Shown: one piece after another, positions 46,248 through 58,166 of the stretch | How the letters are laid out: every line of letters begins with the position of its first letter | Position numbering within the stretch: the stretch's first letter is position 1 | DNA from: Clostridia bacterium | GTDB taxonomy: Bacteria > Bacillota > Clostridia > Christensenellales > UBA1242 | Length of the DNA stretch: 64,000 nucleotides | Assembly (NCBI GenBank): GCA_045534555.1 | Contig: JAZSJW010000002.1 | Coordinates: forward strand, 15,828-79,827 | Direction: 5' to 3' | The notes under the pieces: generated by a model | Seen by the model: only the letters and a program-made list of their open reading frames with translations | Told to the model about the DNA's origin: nothing | The model's database searches: none | Translations under genes and position numbers: made by a program

Positions 46248-49200
46248 TTAAAAGTCATCATCAAAATCGAATAGACTACCAGCATCACTGATTGAGTCAT
46301 CTTCATATACTGTTTCACCAAGATCTTCTTGAGTAATTTCTTCAAGTTCAACCTCAATTTCTTCTTGATCTTTCTTCTTTTCAGCTCTGAAGTCCATAAT
46401 ATCACGGTCGTCTTCCACAATATCTTTTAGACCGATTTCTTGTTTGTCTTCTGTAAGAACTTTAATATCAAGAGCTAAACCTTGAAGTTCCTTAATAAGA
46501 ACCTTAAATGATTCTGGAATACCAGGTTCAGCAACATTTTCATTTTTAACGATAGATTCGTAAGTTTTAAGTCTACCAACAATATCGTCAGACTTAACTG
46601 TAAGCATTTCTTGGAGTGAGTTAGCAGCACCGTAAGCTTCAAGTGCCCAAACTTCCATTTCACCAAATCTTTGGCCACCAAATTGAGCTTTACCTCCAAG
46701 TGGTTGTTGTGTTACTAAGCTATATGGTCCAGTTGAACGAGCATGCATCTTATCATCAACAAGGTGGTGAAGTTTAAGCATGTACATGATACCAACTGTT
46801 GCACGATTTTCGAAAGGCATACCAGTTCTTCCATCGTAAAGTTGAGTTTTACCATCATCTGGTAAACCGTTTTCAACAAATAGTTGTTGAATTTCATCTT
46901 GCTTAGCACCGTCAAATACGGGTGTAGCAACTTTCCAGTTAAGCATTTTTGCTACAAATCCTAAGTGTGTTTCGAATAACTGACCGATGTTCATACGAGA
47001 AGGAACGCCTAGTGGGTTAAGAATAATCTCAACCGGAGTTCCGTCTGGCATAAATGGCATATCTTCTACTGGAAGAATTCTTGAAACAACACCCTTGTTT
47101 CCGTGACGACCAGACATCTTATCACCAACGCTCATTTTACGTTTTTGTGCAATATATACACGAACAACTTTGTTTACGCCAGTTCCAAGTTCATCTTTGT
47201 TTTCACGAGTAAACACTTTAACATCAACAACGACACCGCCTTCACCGTGTTGTACACGTAAAGAGGTATCTCTAACTTCTCTAGCTTTTTCACCGAAGAT
47301 AGCTCTTAAAAGTCTTTCTTCTGGTGTTAATTCAGTTTCACCCTTAGGTGTAACTTTACCAACCAAGATATCTCCTGGTTCAACTTCAGCACCAATACGG
47401 ATAATACCATTTTCGTCCAAATCGTGAAGAGCTTCTTCACCAAGGTTTGGAATATCACGAGTAATATCTTCTGGTCCGAGTTTTGTATCACGTGCATCAA
47501 TTTCATATTCTTCAATGTGAACTGATGTTAACACGTCATCTCTAACAAGACTTTCTGAAATAAGGATAGCGTCTTCAAAGTTGTATCCTTCCCAAGGCAT
47601 GAATGCAACAAGAATATTTTTACCGATTGACAATTCACCATTCTTTGTTGCTGGACCATCGGCAAGAACATCTCCTACTTTAACTTTATCACCATGGGCA
47701 ACAATTGGTCTTTGACGCATACATGTACCATTGTTTGAACGGATAAACTTAGTCAATAGATATTCTTCGTCACCATTTTCGGTCTCAAGAATAATTTTAT
47801 CACCACTTACATATTTAACAACACCATTACTTTTAGAAACTTGCATTACACCACTATCAACAGCAATCTTGTGTTCTACACCAGTTGCAACAATAGGGGC
47901 TTCTGTTTTTAGAAGTGGAACTGCTTGACGTTGCATGTTTGATGCAAGCATCGCACGAGTTGCGTTATCGTTTTCAATAAATGGGATTAGAGTTGTTGCA
48001 ATAGAAACAAGTTCTTTTGGAGATACGTCCATATAATCAACTTGCTCTCTTGGAAGTTCCTCAATTTCACCGACTTTTCTACAAGTAACTCTTTCATTAA
48101 CAAATGTTCCTTCAGGAGTTAATGGTTCGTTAGCTTGAGCAACAACGAAGTTTTCTTCCCTATTCGCTGTCATATATTCAATTTTATCTGTAACTTTACC
48201 AGTTGCTTTATCAACTTTTCTGTATGGAGCTTCAAGGAAGCCATATTTATTAACTTTAGCATATGTTGCAAGAGAGTTAATAAGACCAATGTTTTGACCT
48301 TCTGGAGTTTCGTTAGGACAAAGACGACCATAGTGAGTGTTATGCACGTCACGCACTTCAAAACCAGCTCTTTCACGAGTTAGCGCACCAGGTCCTAAAG
48401 ATGATACTTTTCTCTTGTGAGTAAGAGATGCAATTGGGTTTGTTTGTTCCATGAACTGAGACATTTGTGAAGAACCAAAGAATTCACGAATTGCAGCAGA
48501 TACAGGTCTAACATTAATAAGTGAACTTGGGCTTACTTCATTAACATTTTGAACTTGCATTCTTTCTGAAATAACTCTTTCAAGACGAGCCATACCAATA
48601 AAGAATTGAGCAGTTAAAAGTTCACCAACAGTTTTTACACGACGGTTGCCAAGGTGGTCAACATCATCTAATCCACCAAGACCTTGAGCTATAGATAAAT
48701 GATAGTTAACTGATGAAAGAATATCATCAAATACCATGTTTCTACCAGCAAGAATATCACGATTAGCAATAATTGCTTGTTTCTTTTCTTCGTTAGTTTT
48801 ACAACCTTTTACAACTTCTAAAAGCGTTGGAAGGTGAACTAAATCATCAATTTCTGCTTCCGGAGGATTAACCCCTAAATAAGCCTTAAGGTCAACACGG
48901 TTGTTACCAACTAGTGCGAATGGACCTTTATCACCTTCAACAACAACTCTGTTTACACCGGCATTTTGGATAGCCCATGCTGTTTCTTCTGAAACAATTT
49001 CACCAGCAGCTGCTAAAAGTTTAGATTTTACTTTAACATCTTCAGCTAAAGTTCTTCCCATAATACGATTAGCAATTGATAATTTTTGGTTGTATTTATA
49101 TCTACCAACTACAGACACATCATATCTTCTAGTTGAATAGAACATTTTTTCAAGGTTTTTCTTAATAGCCTTAAGGTTAAGAACTTCACCAGGACGAAGT

Positions 49201-49973
49201 CTTTTAGACATTTCTACTAAAGCTTCATCTTCACTCTTTGTGAAGTCTTTTTCAATAGTCTTAACAATTGTTGGGTTGTTTTCAAAAGCTTCAAGTAATG
49301 CTTCATCTGAACCAAGTCCCATAGCACGAAGAAAAATAGTACCAATCATTTTACGGTTTCTATCAACGTGAACCCATAAAATACCATTAGTATCTTCTTC
49401 AAAATCAATCCAAGCACCACGATGTGGCATAATAGAAGTAGTGGTAACAAAATTACCAGTTTTGTTAACACCTTGTTTGCAATATACGCCTGGGCTTCTA
49501 ACAAGCTGACTTACAACAGCACGCTCTGCACCATTAATGATGAACGAACCATTATCTGTCATCATAGGTATATCACCCATGTAAACTTCTTGGTCTACAA
49601 CTTCACCTGTTTCTTTGTAAACCAAACGAACTTTAACCTTTAAAGGTAAAGAGTATGTAGCATCTCTTGATCTACATTCTTCTTGAGAATATTTTGGAGT
49701 TCCAGAAACAGAGTGGTCCAAGAAATGGAGTTCCACTCTAGAGTCCTTATTCTCTTCTCTTCCTTCACCACGATTAAGGTTATCTGTATCAGAAATTGGA
49801 GAGAAATCTCTAAGAACATCACGAATACCTTTTGTTAAGAAATTGTTGAAAGAATCTTTTTGAACTTCAACAAGATAAGGTATATCTAAAATCTCATCGA
49901 TTTCACCAAATTTATATCTTTCAGTTTTGCCATATTTTACTTTTTTGACATTAATCTTTTTAGAGTTTGCCAT
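46248..49973 (-). CDS. rpoB: DNA-directed RNA polymerase subunit beta, with an acidic C-terminal tail
   Basis: Canonical beta-subunit blocks are present ([42 protein letters not shown]). Confidence 0.98.
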   Translation of the reverse strand: MANSKKINVKKVKYGKTERYKFGEIDEILDIPYLVEVQKDSFNNFLTKGIRDVLRDFSPISDTDNLNRGEGREENKDSRVELHFLDHSVSGTPKYSQEECRSRDATYSLPLKVKVRLVYKETGEVVDQEVYMGDIPMMTDNGSFIINGAERAVVSQLVRSPGVYCKQGVNKTGNFVTTTSIMPHRGAWIDFEEDTNGILWVHVDRNRKMIGTIFLRAMGLGSDEALLEAFENNPTIVKTIEKDFTKSEDEALVEMSKRLRPGEVLNLKAIKKNLEKMFYSTRRYDVSVVGRYKYNQKLSIANRIMGRTLAEDVKVKSKLLAAAGEIVSEETAWAIQNAGVNRVVVEGDKGPFALVGNNRVDLKAYLGVNPPEAEIDDLVHLPTLLEVVKGCKTNEEKKQAIIANRDILAGRNMVFDDILSSVNYHLSIAQGLGGLDDVDHLGNRRVKTVGELLTAQFFIGMARLERVISERMQVQNVNEVSPSSLINVRPVSAAIREFFGSSQMSQFMEQTNPIASLTHKRKVSSLGPGALTRERAGFEVRDVHNTHYGRLCPNETPEGQNIGLINSLATYAKVNKYGFLEAPYRKVDKATGKVTDKIEYMTANREENFVVAQANEPLTPEGTFVNERVTCRKVGEIEELPREQVDYMDVSPKELVSIATTLIPFIENDNATRAMLASNMQRQAVPLLKTEAPIVATGVEHKIAVDSGVMQVSKSNGVVKYVSGDKIILETENGDEEYLLTKFIRSNNGTCMRQRPIVAHGDKVKVGDVLADGPATKNGELSIGKNILVAFMPWEGYNFEDAILISESLVRDDVLTSVHIEEYEIDARDTKLGPEDITRDIPNLGEEALHDLDENGIIRIGAEVEPGDILVGKVTPKGETELTPEERLLRAIFGEKAREVRDTSLRVQHGEGGVVVDVKVFTRENKDELGTGVNKVVRVYIAQKRKMSVGDKMSGRHGNKGVVSRILPVEDMPFMPDGTPVEIILNPLGVPSRMNIGQLFETHLGFVAKMLNWKVATPVFDGAKQDEIQQLFVENGLPDDGKTQLYDGRTGMPFENRATVGIMYMLKLHHLVDDKMHARSTGPYSLVTQQPLGGKAQFGGQRFGEMEVWALEAYGAANSLQEMLTVKSDDIVGRLKTYESIVKNENVAEPGIPESFKVLIKELQGLALDIKVLTEDKQEIGLKDIVEDDRDIMDFRAEKKKDQEEIEVELEEITQEDLGETVYEDDSISDAGSLFDFDDDF

Positions 49974-50245
49974 AAACCCCTCCGGCGAAATATTTTATTT
50001 TTATTGATGATTATCAAAATTTTTTCTAATTTAGATACATTTTAAAAGATTTGTCGAAATAATAAGTGTTAAGAGAATTTTTTAATAGGTTAAAAAAGAG
50101 CCGAAAAAAGCCAGAGTTGCAACATTTTTACAACTTGGATTTTTTAGCTTAAATTATTAAAAAAGTCTATTCAACCTTATCTCAATCCCCTAAATTTACC
50201 ATTAATTAGAGACAATTAGCGATAATACTCATAGTAAACTACTAT

Positions 50246-50274
50246 ATGATACCACAAGGGAAAAGTCATGTCAA
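50246..50274 (-). promoter_or_regulatory. Promoter of rpoBC
   Basis: The reverse strand reads TTGACA (50274..50269), a 17-nt spacer, then TATCAT (50251..50246). The leader to the rpoB ATG is about 265 nt. Confidence 0.6.
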
Positions 50275-50380
50275 CCACTAAAGTTCAAAAAAAAGCAACT
50301 TTTTTCTAAAAAATGTCGTTTTTGCTTGACAAAACAGCTACATTTTAGCAAAAATAATTATTTTTAACAACTTTTCATAA

Positions 50381-50417
50381 AAAAAAGAGATTGCGCCTTA
50401 ATGCAATCTCTTTTTTC
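50381..50417 (-). terminator. Bidirectional hairpin terminator after the LtaS-like gene
   Basis: aaaaaaaaGAGATTGCgccttaatGCAATCTCttttttc. Confidence 0.7.
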
Positions 50418-50423
50418 TTGTTT

Positions 50424-52418
50424 TTATGAACATATATTTTTATAATCGTGGTTTTTGAAGTAATTATTGTAGTAAATCTTATCTAAATATTCTTGCTTAT
50501 TTAAAAGAATTTTTGCCCTTTCTTCAAAATCTTTTAAATCTTCGTCTGTGAAACCATCACATGTGTATTCCAAGCCTTTAGCTGAATAACAAACCAATTT
50601 ATCTGTAACAAACATAGCATAAGACCTAGAAAAAATAACACTTTCAATATCATCTATAAACATTGATGTTCCATAATATAAATTCTTATATGCTTTTATT
50701 CCAAACAAATCGCATACCGTTGGAATAATATCAGAAGTTGTTGTAAATTTTGTAATCGCCGCAGATCCTTCATTTAGAGTATATTTGTTGTATAATTTTT
50801 CATCATAAATCATAAATGGAACTCTATACAACTCACTATTATATCGTTCTTCAATGTTTTTTGCATAACGACTCAAGTCATTGTAATATGTATTATGGTC
50901 TGCAAACATAACAATTGTTGTATTATCTAAATCACCATTTGCTTCAAGTTTTTCCATCATAATACCAACAGCCCTATCAAAATCCATAACACAAGCTGCA
51001 TAAGTTCTCAAATAATCAGACATGGTTCCTTTGCCTTTAGGATATGCTCCTACACTATCAATTTTATCATAGTATCCCAAATCTTTAAATGATTGCCTTT
51101 CCCCATAAAAGCCATGCATAACAAACGTTAAGAAATATGTCATGTATTGTTCATTAGCAGCAGTTTGAGGAAACATTACATCTTGCATCTTCTCTACAGC
51201 AATAGAATCTAGATTTTTTTCGCCCGTCCAATCACTAATATCAGACCAACCATCGTCTACTCCATATTCATTCATTTTTTCTATACTATAAAACTCTTCA
51301 AAACCAAGGCTGAGATGCAAAGTATCTCTATTATAAAAACTTCCCGTATTATTATGGAATGAGTAAATTTGTTTAATCTCGTTTCCTGAAGCCTCAACGC
51401 AATCTCTAAACATGTTCGGTAGAGACCAGTTAAATGTATTTGTTGGAAAATCATAATTTGTATATTTATTTGTCGGATTACTACCTAATAATGCAAGCAT
51501 TTCAGAAGTATCTGTTTTCTCTCTTGCATAGAAATTGTCAGCATAAATACTATTGCCTAAAAACTTGTTGAGATTTGGAAATAATTCAAGCGATTGTTCC
51601 TTTGTACAGTTTTGTAAGAAAACATACCACTCAAAAGATTCTACCATTATGTACACAAGATTGTTTCTGCTACTAATTCCATGATATTCAGATGTTGTGA
51701 GATATGTGTCGCCGTCATTATATATAAATTCTTCAATACCTTCATCATCTATATCCATGGTCGCATTAACTATAGTACCATTAAAAAATTCGTATATGGT
51801 ATTTGCACTAATACCCATTTGTTGATATTTGTTTTCCGCCGAACCATATAAATATTTATCAACATAACTTTGACCACTAGTCGCAACAGCACTCAATACA
51901 GGCACTAAAACTGTTGCTAAACTACTTATAAATAATACCGCAATAAATGTTAACTTGACAGGTTTTATAGCAGAGTATTTTTGGTTCTTTCCGTCATATA
52001 AAAATCTATAAAAAAGTATGATTGCTGTTATGTGTATTGCTAAACAAGACAACAACAATGCAACCAACCCCCACCTTAATGTCAATTGCTCAATTATTGC
52101 AAAAGCATCGTTTCTTTGATTAAGCATAGCCCACTCAAAAAAGGTGCCATTAGAGTCATATAAATATATAAATCCCACATTCATAACAATCTGTATTAAA
52201 AACAAAATACTTGTAAGAACCGCTTTTGTTGTTGTGTTTCTAACAACAAATAACAATGAGAGGATAAGTAAAAATAATGTGATTGAATACAAAGGACTTG
52301 TTAAAAATGGCACACAACCAATAAAACAAATACTAATAAGCTCACAAAATAACATGAAAAAAAGATAAACAAATACAATTGCATTATATTTAAAAAAGTC
52401 TTTAACTTTATTTTTCAT
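50424..52418 (-). CDS. LTA synthase family protein (membrane-anchored sulfatase-fold phosphoglycerol transferase)
   Basis: An N-terminal polytopic segment is followed by an extracellular domain with MVESFE and NFYAREKTDTSEM (LtaS-like nucleophile context). The ATG at 52418 follows AGGGAG. Confidence 0.8.
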   Translation of the reverse strand: MKNKVKDFFKYNAIVFVYLFFMLFCELISICFIGCVPFLTSPLYSITLFLLILSLLFVVRNTTTKAVLTSILFLIQIVMNVGFIYLYDSNGTFFEWAMLNQRNDAFAIIEQLTLRWGLVALLLSCLAIHITAIILFYRFLYDGKNQKYSAIKPVKLTFIAVLFISSLATVLVPVLSAVATSGQSYVDKYLYGSAENKYQQMGISANTIYEFFNGTIVNATMDIDDEGIEEFIYNDGDTYLTTSEYHGISSRNNLVYIMVESFEWYVFLQNCTKEQSLELFPNLNKFLGNSIYADNFYAREKTDTSEMLALLGSNPTNKYTNYDFPTNTFNWSLPNMFRDCVEASGNEIKQIYSFHNNTGSFYNRDTLHLSLGFEEFYSIEKMNEYGVDDGWSDISDWTGEKNLDSIAVEKMQDVMFPQTAANEQYMTYFLTFVMHGFYGERQSFKDLGYYDKIDSVGAYPKGKGTMSDYLRTYAACVMDFDRAVGIMMEKLEANGDLDNTTIVMFADHNTYYNDLSRYAKNIEERYNSELYRVPFMIYDEKLYNKYTLNEGSAAITKFTTTSDIIPTVCDLFGIKAYKNLYYGTSMFIDDIESVIFSRSYAMFVTDKLVCYSAKGLEYTCDGFTDEDLKDFEERAKILLNKQEYLDKIYYNNYFKNHDYKNICS

Positions 52419-52502
52419 TTCACTTAACTCCCTAAAACGCACATTATTATATCATAATAACTAAATTTGTCAACCACCTACTCGTGCCAAAGTTTTAAAA
52501 AT

Positions 52503-52531
52503 TTGACAATCAATAAATTATATGATAATAT
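52503..52531 (+). promoter_or_regulatory. Promoter of the lipoprotein gene
   Basis: TTGACA (52503..52508), a 17-nt spacer ending TGa, then TAATAT (52526..52531). Confidence 0.65.
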
Positions 52532-52561
52532 AATCATACTTTAAACTTTAAGGAGACTTAT

Positions 52562-53008
52562 ATGAAGAAAATATTTAGTTTAATATTAATTGCATTAATG
52601 ATTGCACCTGTTTCAATCTTAGCAGGTTGCTCGAGCGACAAAAATAAGGCTTCTAATGTTCGTAACACTGTATACTATGTAACAAAAGCAACAAAAAAAG
52701 ATGTAGACGTTAGCAAAAAATATACTGACGGAAACATGAAAATAATTTTCTATAATGATTTATTCGAAGTAGAAATATATAATGAAGAAAATATAGCAAA
52801 TTACGGCAAATACTGGGGAACCTTTTCAACCAAAGATGATGTTGTTTCTTTCACAATAGATGGTGCTAGTGGTTACTTTAATCAGTATGAAGTAAGTGCT
52901 GAAAAGAGAGTTGCTGTATTTAAAACACTTCGTTATAACGACAAAAAACTTTATACAGAATTAGTAGATGGCGGAGATATTTACTCTTTCGTTCTAGAAC
53001 AGAAGTAA
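52562..53008 (+). CDS. Lipoprotein, function unknown
   Basis: The signal peptide carries the lipobox LAGC at aa 19-22, and AAGGAG lies upstream. Confidence 0.75.
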   Translation: MKKIFSLILIALMIAPVSILAGCSSDKNKASNVRNTVYYVTKATKKDVDVSKKYTDGNMKIIFYNDLFEVEIYNEENIANYGKYWGTFSTKDDVVSFTIDGASGYFNQYEVSAEKRVAVFKTLRYNDKKLYTELVDGGDIYSFVLEQK

Positions 53009-53040
53009 TAATAAAAAAAGAGCTTTTTGAAAGCTCTTTT

Positions 53041-53727
53041 TTATTTTGTCTTATAATAGTCATTTTGTATTTTTCCATACTTTAATATCTGTTTTGATGC
53101 AATTAACGAATTTTCTTTTATAAATCTTAACACATCTGGATTTTTTAATTTAATTTTAAATTTATCCATAATAGACAACATGTTTAAATTAAAAGGCATT
53201 GAGAACTGAGTAACACCTCTTTGCTCTCCATCTTCCTTATCCCCATTATTATTTCTACTAAAAACCATTATTAAGTTTACTTTATTCAAATAATTGCTGG
53301 TAAACAACCCACAATCAAAAGCATCATAGGAGTACTCAATATCTTCTATCTTTATGCCTTTTTCATAAAACTGAAGAGTAACAATTCCAAGCTCATTTGC
53401 CCTTGGCATAACATATTCTAGTTCTGGATTTTCAATCAATTTTGAAGAAAAGAAATCATCTAGTTTTTTAGCCTCGATTACAACTTCTTTTTTCCTAATA
53501 TTTATTTCATAAACAACATAACCAATTACCGATAAAAACATAACACCAATCAAAACTAATATTATAACTGTTGGATTTTTAACTTTGGCAAGTAACACCA
53601 AACAAGTTATTAAATCTAATATGCAAAATGATAATAAAATTGGCAAGAATATATACTTTTGTTTAAATCTAATACTATTCAAATTTGCTTTTGCATATTT
53701 ATAATTTTCTATTATTCTCTCAAACAT
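53041..53727 (-). CDS. Hypothetical membrane protein (2 TM)
   Basis: The call rests on the hydrophobic pair at aa 25-75. No other motif was seen. Confidence 0.5.
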   Translation of the reverse strand: MFERIIENYKYAKANLNSIRFKQKYIFLPILLSFCILDLITCLVLLAKVKNPTVIILVLIGVMFLSVIGYVVYEINIRKKEVVIEAKKLDDFFSSKLIENPELEYVMPRANELGIVTLQFYEKGIKIEDIEYSYDAFDCGLFTSNYLNKVNLIMVFSRNNNGDKEDGEQRGVTQFSMPFNLNMLSIMDKFKIKLKNPDVLRFIKENSLIASKQILKYGKIQNDYYKTK

Positions 53728-53734
53728 TTTTCAC

Positions 53735-55888
53735 CTACCTGTAAACGTCATAAACATTCCCTAAGGCTTTTATCTTGTTTATAACTTCAACCAACTGTTT
53801 TCTTGAAGAAATTCTTACCCCAACATTTATAATTGTATCTTCTTTTTTGTTGTTTTTATCCATATTAACATAGGTAATATCTATTTTATTTTCTGCGATT
53901 TTATTTGTAACAGATGCTAATACACCCATAGTGTTTTTTGCATACACCTTAAAAGTTGCATCATATAGTTCTTTAGAAGTTTCTTCAGCCCATTCTGTAG
54001 TAATAATTCTGTCATTTTCTAAACTACTCAAACACGGGCAATCACTTCTATGAACTGTTACACCTTTACCCCTTGATACAAAGCCTACGATATCATCTCC
54101 CGGAATAGGATTACAACATTTTGCGAACTTTTTAAGTAAATCGCTATGACCACCAATCATTACACTATCACTAGATTTAGACACTTTATTTCCAACAAAA
54201 GATTTCTGTTTCTTTTGCTCTTCTTTTAAGTTTAACAAAAATTTACCTAAAGCTTGTGATGATGTTAATCCACCATATCCAACAATAGCATATAATTCTT
54301 CTATTGTTGATAAGTTATATTTGTTTTGAATTTCACTTAAGGTTTCTTTATCTTCAAATAATTTATTTAGTGTAGTTCCGTTTCTCTTTGCATATTCATC
54401 AAGGATATCTTTTCCTATTTTAATATTTTCTTCTTTCTTTTCTTTCTTGAAGTATGCTTTTATTTTAGATAAAGCTTCTTTACTCTTTACAAGCTTCATC
54501 CAGTCCCTAGATGGACCTTTAGAAGCTGTTGATGTTATAATTTCAACTTGATCGCCCGTCTTTAAAGGTGTAACCAAAGTCACCATTTTACCATTAACTT
54601 TAGCACCTACACATCTATTACCAAGTGAACTATGTATAATGTATGCAAAATCAAGAGGTATTGCGTCCTTTGGAAGCTCTATAACACTCATATCTGGAGT
54701 AAACACAAAGATTTTATCTTTATAATATTCCCTTTGAATTTCATCTAAAACTTGTTCAGACTTTTCTTTTAATGTTAACTCCTCAGAACTTTTTGTAAGG
54801 CTATTTTTAAGAGCTAAAATACCACCTTTGTTATTTATAGCTTTAACACCTTTTTCTTTATATATCCAGTGAGCCGCAATACCATATTCACAATAGTTAT
54901 GCATTTCTTCAGTTCTTATTTGAACTTCAAATGGGACAACACCATCTTCACCCTCATGTTGCACCGTTGTATGAAGAGACATATATAAATTTGGCTTAGG
55001 ATTTGCAATATAATCTTTAATTCTACCCTCAACAGGCTTCCATTTGTCATTCACCGCACCAAGCATTGTGTAACAATCCTGTACATTTTTAACAATAATT
55101 CTGTGCGCAACAATATCAAATAAACCTTGTTTACCTTTCTTTTGAATTTTATTAAATATACTAAACCCGCTTTTTCTTCTACTTTGAACTATTGCATCAA
55201 TACCATGTTGTTTTGCAAGTTTTTTGATTTCATCTGCAATCTCTTGAACTAAACTTTCGCTTCGTTTAAAATAGTCATCTAAATATTGATTAATTTCTTT
55301 ATAATCTTCTGGATACACATATCTAAAACACAAATCTTCCATTTGTCTTTTAAACACACTCATACCTAAGCGCTCTGCTATTGGGACATATATATCTAAT
55401 GTCTCTTTTGCTATTTTCACTTGCTTTTCTGGTGATAAATATTCAAGTGTTTGAATATTGTGTAACCTATCAGCTAGTTTTACAAAAGCAACCCTTGTAT
55501 CGCTTCCCATAGCCAAAAATATGTTTCTTAGTTTTTCAATTTGGTCACCATGTAAATAATATGCTCTTTTGATATCGTTAATTTTAGTAACACCAACTAA
55601 AATTCTAGTTATTGTTTCACCAAAATTTTCTCGAAGTTCTTTTTCTGTTGTATCAGTATCGTCTAAACAATCATGCAAAATACCACAGATAACAGTATTA
55701 TCATCTGCTTTTAAATCTGCGAGGATTTTAGAAACTGTATATGGGTGAAGAATATAGTCTTCTCCACTAGCCCTCTTTCGTCCCTCATGTTTTTTGCTTG
55801 CAAAAGCAAGAGCTTTTTCAATCTTTTTAAGCCCTTCCTCTCCGTATAAATCTAACAACTGTTTTTTATAGTTCTTTTCTAATTGCAT
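53735..55888 (-). CDS. relA: Bifunctional (p)ppGpp synthetase/hydrolase, RelA/SpoT (Rel) family
   Basis: The HD hydrolase domain (HPYTV...GILHDCLDDT), the synthetase block (RIKDYIANPKPNLYMSLHTTV), and TGS and C-terminal ACT-like regions are present. Confidence 0.93.
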   Translation of the reverse strand: MQLEKNYKKQLLDLYGEEGLKKIEKALAFASKKHEGRKRASGEDYILHPYTVSKILADLKADDNTVICGILHDCLDDTDTTEKELRENFGETITRILVGVTKINDIKRAYYLHGDQIEKLRNIFLAMGSDTRVAFVKLADRLHNIQTLEYLSPEKQVKIAKETLDIYVPIAERLGMSVFKRQMEDLCFRYVYPEDYKEINQYLDDYFKRSESLVQEIADEIKKLAKQHGIDAIVQSRRKSGFSIFNKIQKKGKQGLFDIVAHRIIVKNVQDCYTMLGAVNDKWKPVEGRIKDYIANPKPNLYMSLHTTVQHEGEDGVVPFEVQIRTEEMHNYCEYGIAAHWIYKEKGVKAINNKGGILALKNSLTKSSEELTLKEKSEQVLDEIQREYYKDKIFVFTPDMSVIELPKDAIPLDFAYIIHSSLGNRCVGAKVNGKMVTLVTPLKTGDQVEIITSTASKGPSRDWMKLVKSKEALSKIKAYFKKEKKEENIKIGKDILDEYAKRNGTTLNKLFEDKETLSEIQNKYNLSTIEELYAIVGYGGLTSSQALGKFLLNLKEEQKKQKSFVGNKVSKSSDSVMIGGHSDLLKKFAKCCNPIPGDDIVGFVSRGKGVTVHRSDCPCLSSLENDRIITTEWAEETSKELYDATFKVYAKNTMGVLASVTNKIAENKIDITYVNMDKNNKKEDTIINVGVRISSRKQLVEVINKIKALGNVYDVYR

Positions 55889-55897
55889 AAAATTCCC

Positions 55898-56476
55898 TTA
55901 TAACTGTTTTTCCATATGATAGCACTTTGGCTTCTTTTCTCTATATCCATTATACCCATAGTATTCATTAATTACTTTAAAGCCTTGCGATTTATACAAC
56001 TCTAAAGCTGGTGTATTTTCAACTAAAACATCTAAACTCAAAGTTTTAACATTCTGTTTCGCAAAATATTCAAGAAACTTCGTACCGAAACCTCTACGCC
56101 TATAATTTTCATCAATTGTTAAAGCCAAAATGTAGAGTTCGTTTTCTTTTTTATAATTCTTTATAGGTAAAAAATAATTTTCTATAACGTGGTCTTGATA
56201 TTTATTTACACCAAGCCACTTTGAATAATCAGATGTTAATTTTGTGTGTTCATCTATAACAACAGTAATGCCAATAATCTTTTTTTGATATTCAAAAACA
56301 TATACATTATCAAAATTAAAAGCAGTTCCTTCATTGTCTAACATTTCAATTAGTGTTTGAATAGCTTCTTCATAACTGGATTTTGCAAGACTTGGGTAAA
56401 TATACCTATCAGTTTTGTAGATAAGTTCAGCAATTACTCGTTTGTCATCACCATTTTTTACATTCCTAATTACCAT
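55898..56476 (-). CDS. GNAT family N-acetyltransferase
   Basis: GNAT motif A: IDENYRRRGFGTKFLEY. Confidence 0.8.
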   Translation of the reverse strand: MVIRNVKNGDDKRVIAELIYKTDRYIYPSLAKSSYEEAIQTLIEMLDNEGTAFNFDNVYVFEYQKKIIGITVVIDEHTKLTSDYSKWLGVNKYQDHVIENYFLPIKNYKKENELYILALTIDENYRRRGFGTKFLEYFAKQNVKTLSLDVLVENTPALELYKSQGFKVINEYYGYNGYREKKPKCYHMEKQL

Positions 56477-56667
56477 ATATAATTATTATAAATAAAAAAG
56501 TAATTTTTTCAAAACCTTTTAATAATTATTTTGTAAATTGACATTTAAAACAATTTAATTTTGTAAATGATAGGAGAAATCCTAATAAACATATTTTATA
56601 AATGTTTTAATTTTTTTTAACAAAATCAACAGAAAAAAAACACACTAATTGATAGTGTGTTTTTATC

Positions 56668-57609
56668 TTAATTTTTCTTAATAGCCGCTTTTTTAGGTTC
56701 TTCTTTTGCTTTTACTTTTTCTTCTTTTTTAGATTTTACAGGTTCTTTTGCATAATTAACAGTTTCCGTAACACTTGCTACCATACTTGCAACATCTGTT
56801 AGGTTTGATGGAACTATTAATTTTGTGGCATTTCCATTCGCTAGTGTTTTTAATGCCTCATATCCTTCTAAAGTTAGATATGCTTGGTCGGGTTTTGCAT
56901 CAATAATTTTTTGAATTGCAAGAGCCTTACCTTCTGCCTCTGCTATTAAAGCTGCTTTTTGCGCTTCTGCTCTTAAAATTGCAGCCTCTTTCTCACCTTC
57001 TGCAATTAAAATGTTACTTCTCTTCTCACCTTCTGCAAGAAGTATTGCTTCTCTTCTTTCACGCTCTGCCCTCATTTGCTTTTCCATCGCTTCACGAATT
57101 GCTTGAGGCGGGTCAATGTTTTTAAGTTCAACACGGTTAATTTTAATTCCCCAAGGGTCTGTAGCCTCATCAAGAATAGATCTCATTTTTGAATTTACTG
57201 TATCACGACTAGTTAATGTTTCATCTAATTCAAGTTCACCAACAATGTTTCTTAAGGTTGTTGCAGTTAAATTTTCAATAGCTGCAATAGGTCTTTCAAC
57301 ACCATAAGAATATAATTTAGGGTCTGTTATTTGAAAATAAACAACCGTATCAATTTGCATAGTAACGTTATCTTTAGTAATAATAGGTTGTGGTTGGAAA
57401 TCAGCAACCTTTTCTTTTAAGCTAATTTCTGGTCCACATCTATCGAAAAATGGCAATATTAAATGCACACCTGTTTGTAAAGTTTTATTGTATTTACCAA
57501 GCCTTTCAACAACCCTTGCTGTAGACTGCCTTACAATTCTAATACTTGCACCTAAAAGCACAACTGCTAAAATTCCTAATACTAATAAAATTATTCCCAA
57601 TGGAGACAT
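56668..57609 (-). CDS. SPFH/band-7 (stomatin-like) membrane protein
   Basis: An N-terminal TM helix, then IVRQSTARVVERLGKY, and a coiled-coil tail rich in AEGEK repeats. Confidence 0.88.
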   Translation of the reverse strand: MSPLGIILLVLGILAVVLLGASIRIVRQSTARVVERLGKYNKTLQTGVHLILPFFDRCGPEISLKEKVADFQPQPIITKDNVTMQIDTVVYFQITDPKLYSYGVERPIAAIENLTATTLRNIVGELELDETLTSRDTVNSKMRSILDEATDPWGIKINRVELKNIDPPQAIREAMEKQMRAERERREAILLAEGEKRSNILIAEGEKEAAILRAEAQKAALIAEAEGKALAIQKIIDAKPDQAYLTLEGYEALKTLANGNATKLIVPSNLTDVASMVASVTETVNYAKEPVKSKKEEKVKAKEEPKKAAIKKN

Positions 57610-57610
57610 A

Positions 57611-58042
57611 TTATTTTTCCTCCTTCCTTACTATTAATTTATTTCCTTCTATTTTTTCAATAATTACGTACTCTTTTTCTTCTACTACTTGATTATTCTT
57701 TTCTTTGACAGAATATGTTATACCATTAATTTTTACCGTTCCCATCTCGTCTTCAGTAATTTTGGTAATCAATTTCACCCTTTTGCCAATTAATAAGTCC
57801 AAATTTGTCTTCTCTTTTGATTTATTAAGCCATTTTAAAGCAACTTTTCTCAATCCCAAGATAGAACCAACAGCAATAACCACAGCTACAATTATTTGAA
57901 TTTCAAAGCCAACTTTACAGCCAGCTAAAATCATAGCTACAAATGCACCAAGTGCAATCCAAATACTAACTAAATCTAGTGTTAAAAACTCTACAACTAA
58001 AGTAATAACTACCACACCTAGCCAAATATATAGCCAAGCCAT
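57611..58042 (-). CDS. NfeD family membrane protein
   Basis: Three TM helices are followed by a C-terminal OB-like soluble domain. The gene sits immediately upstream of the SPFH gene, the classic NfeD-SPFH pairing. Confidence 0.8.
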   Translation of the reverse strand: MAWLYIWLGVVVITLVVEFLTLDLVSIWIALGAFVAMILAGCKVGFEIQIIVAVVIAVGSILGLRKVALKWLNKSKEKTNLDLLIGKRVKLITKITEDEMGTVKINGITYSVKEKNNQVVEEKEYVIIEKIEGNKLIVRKEEK

Positions 58043-58166
58043 ATTTACCCTCCTTTCTCATTTTATGATATAATAATATCATATTCAAAAAGGTTTTGGC
58101 AAATGATTTGGTATTGACATTAGGCATATTTAGTGTTAAAATCAGCTCAATTTAAAGGAGCCAAAA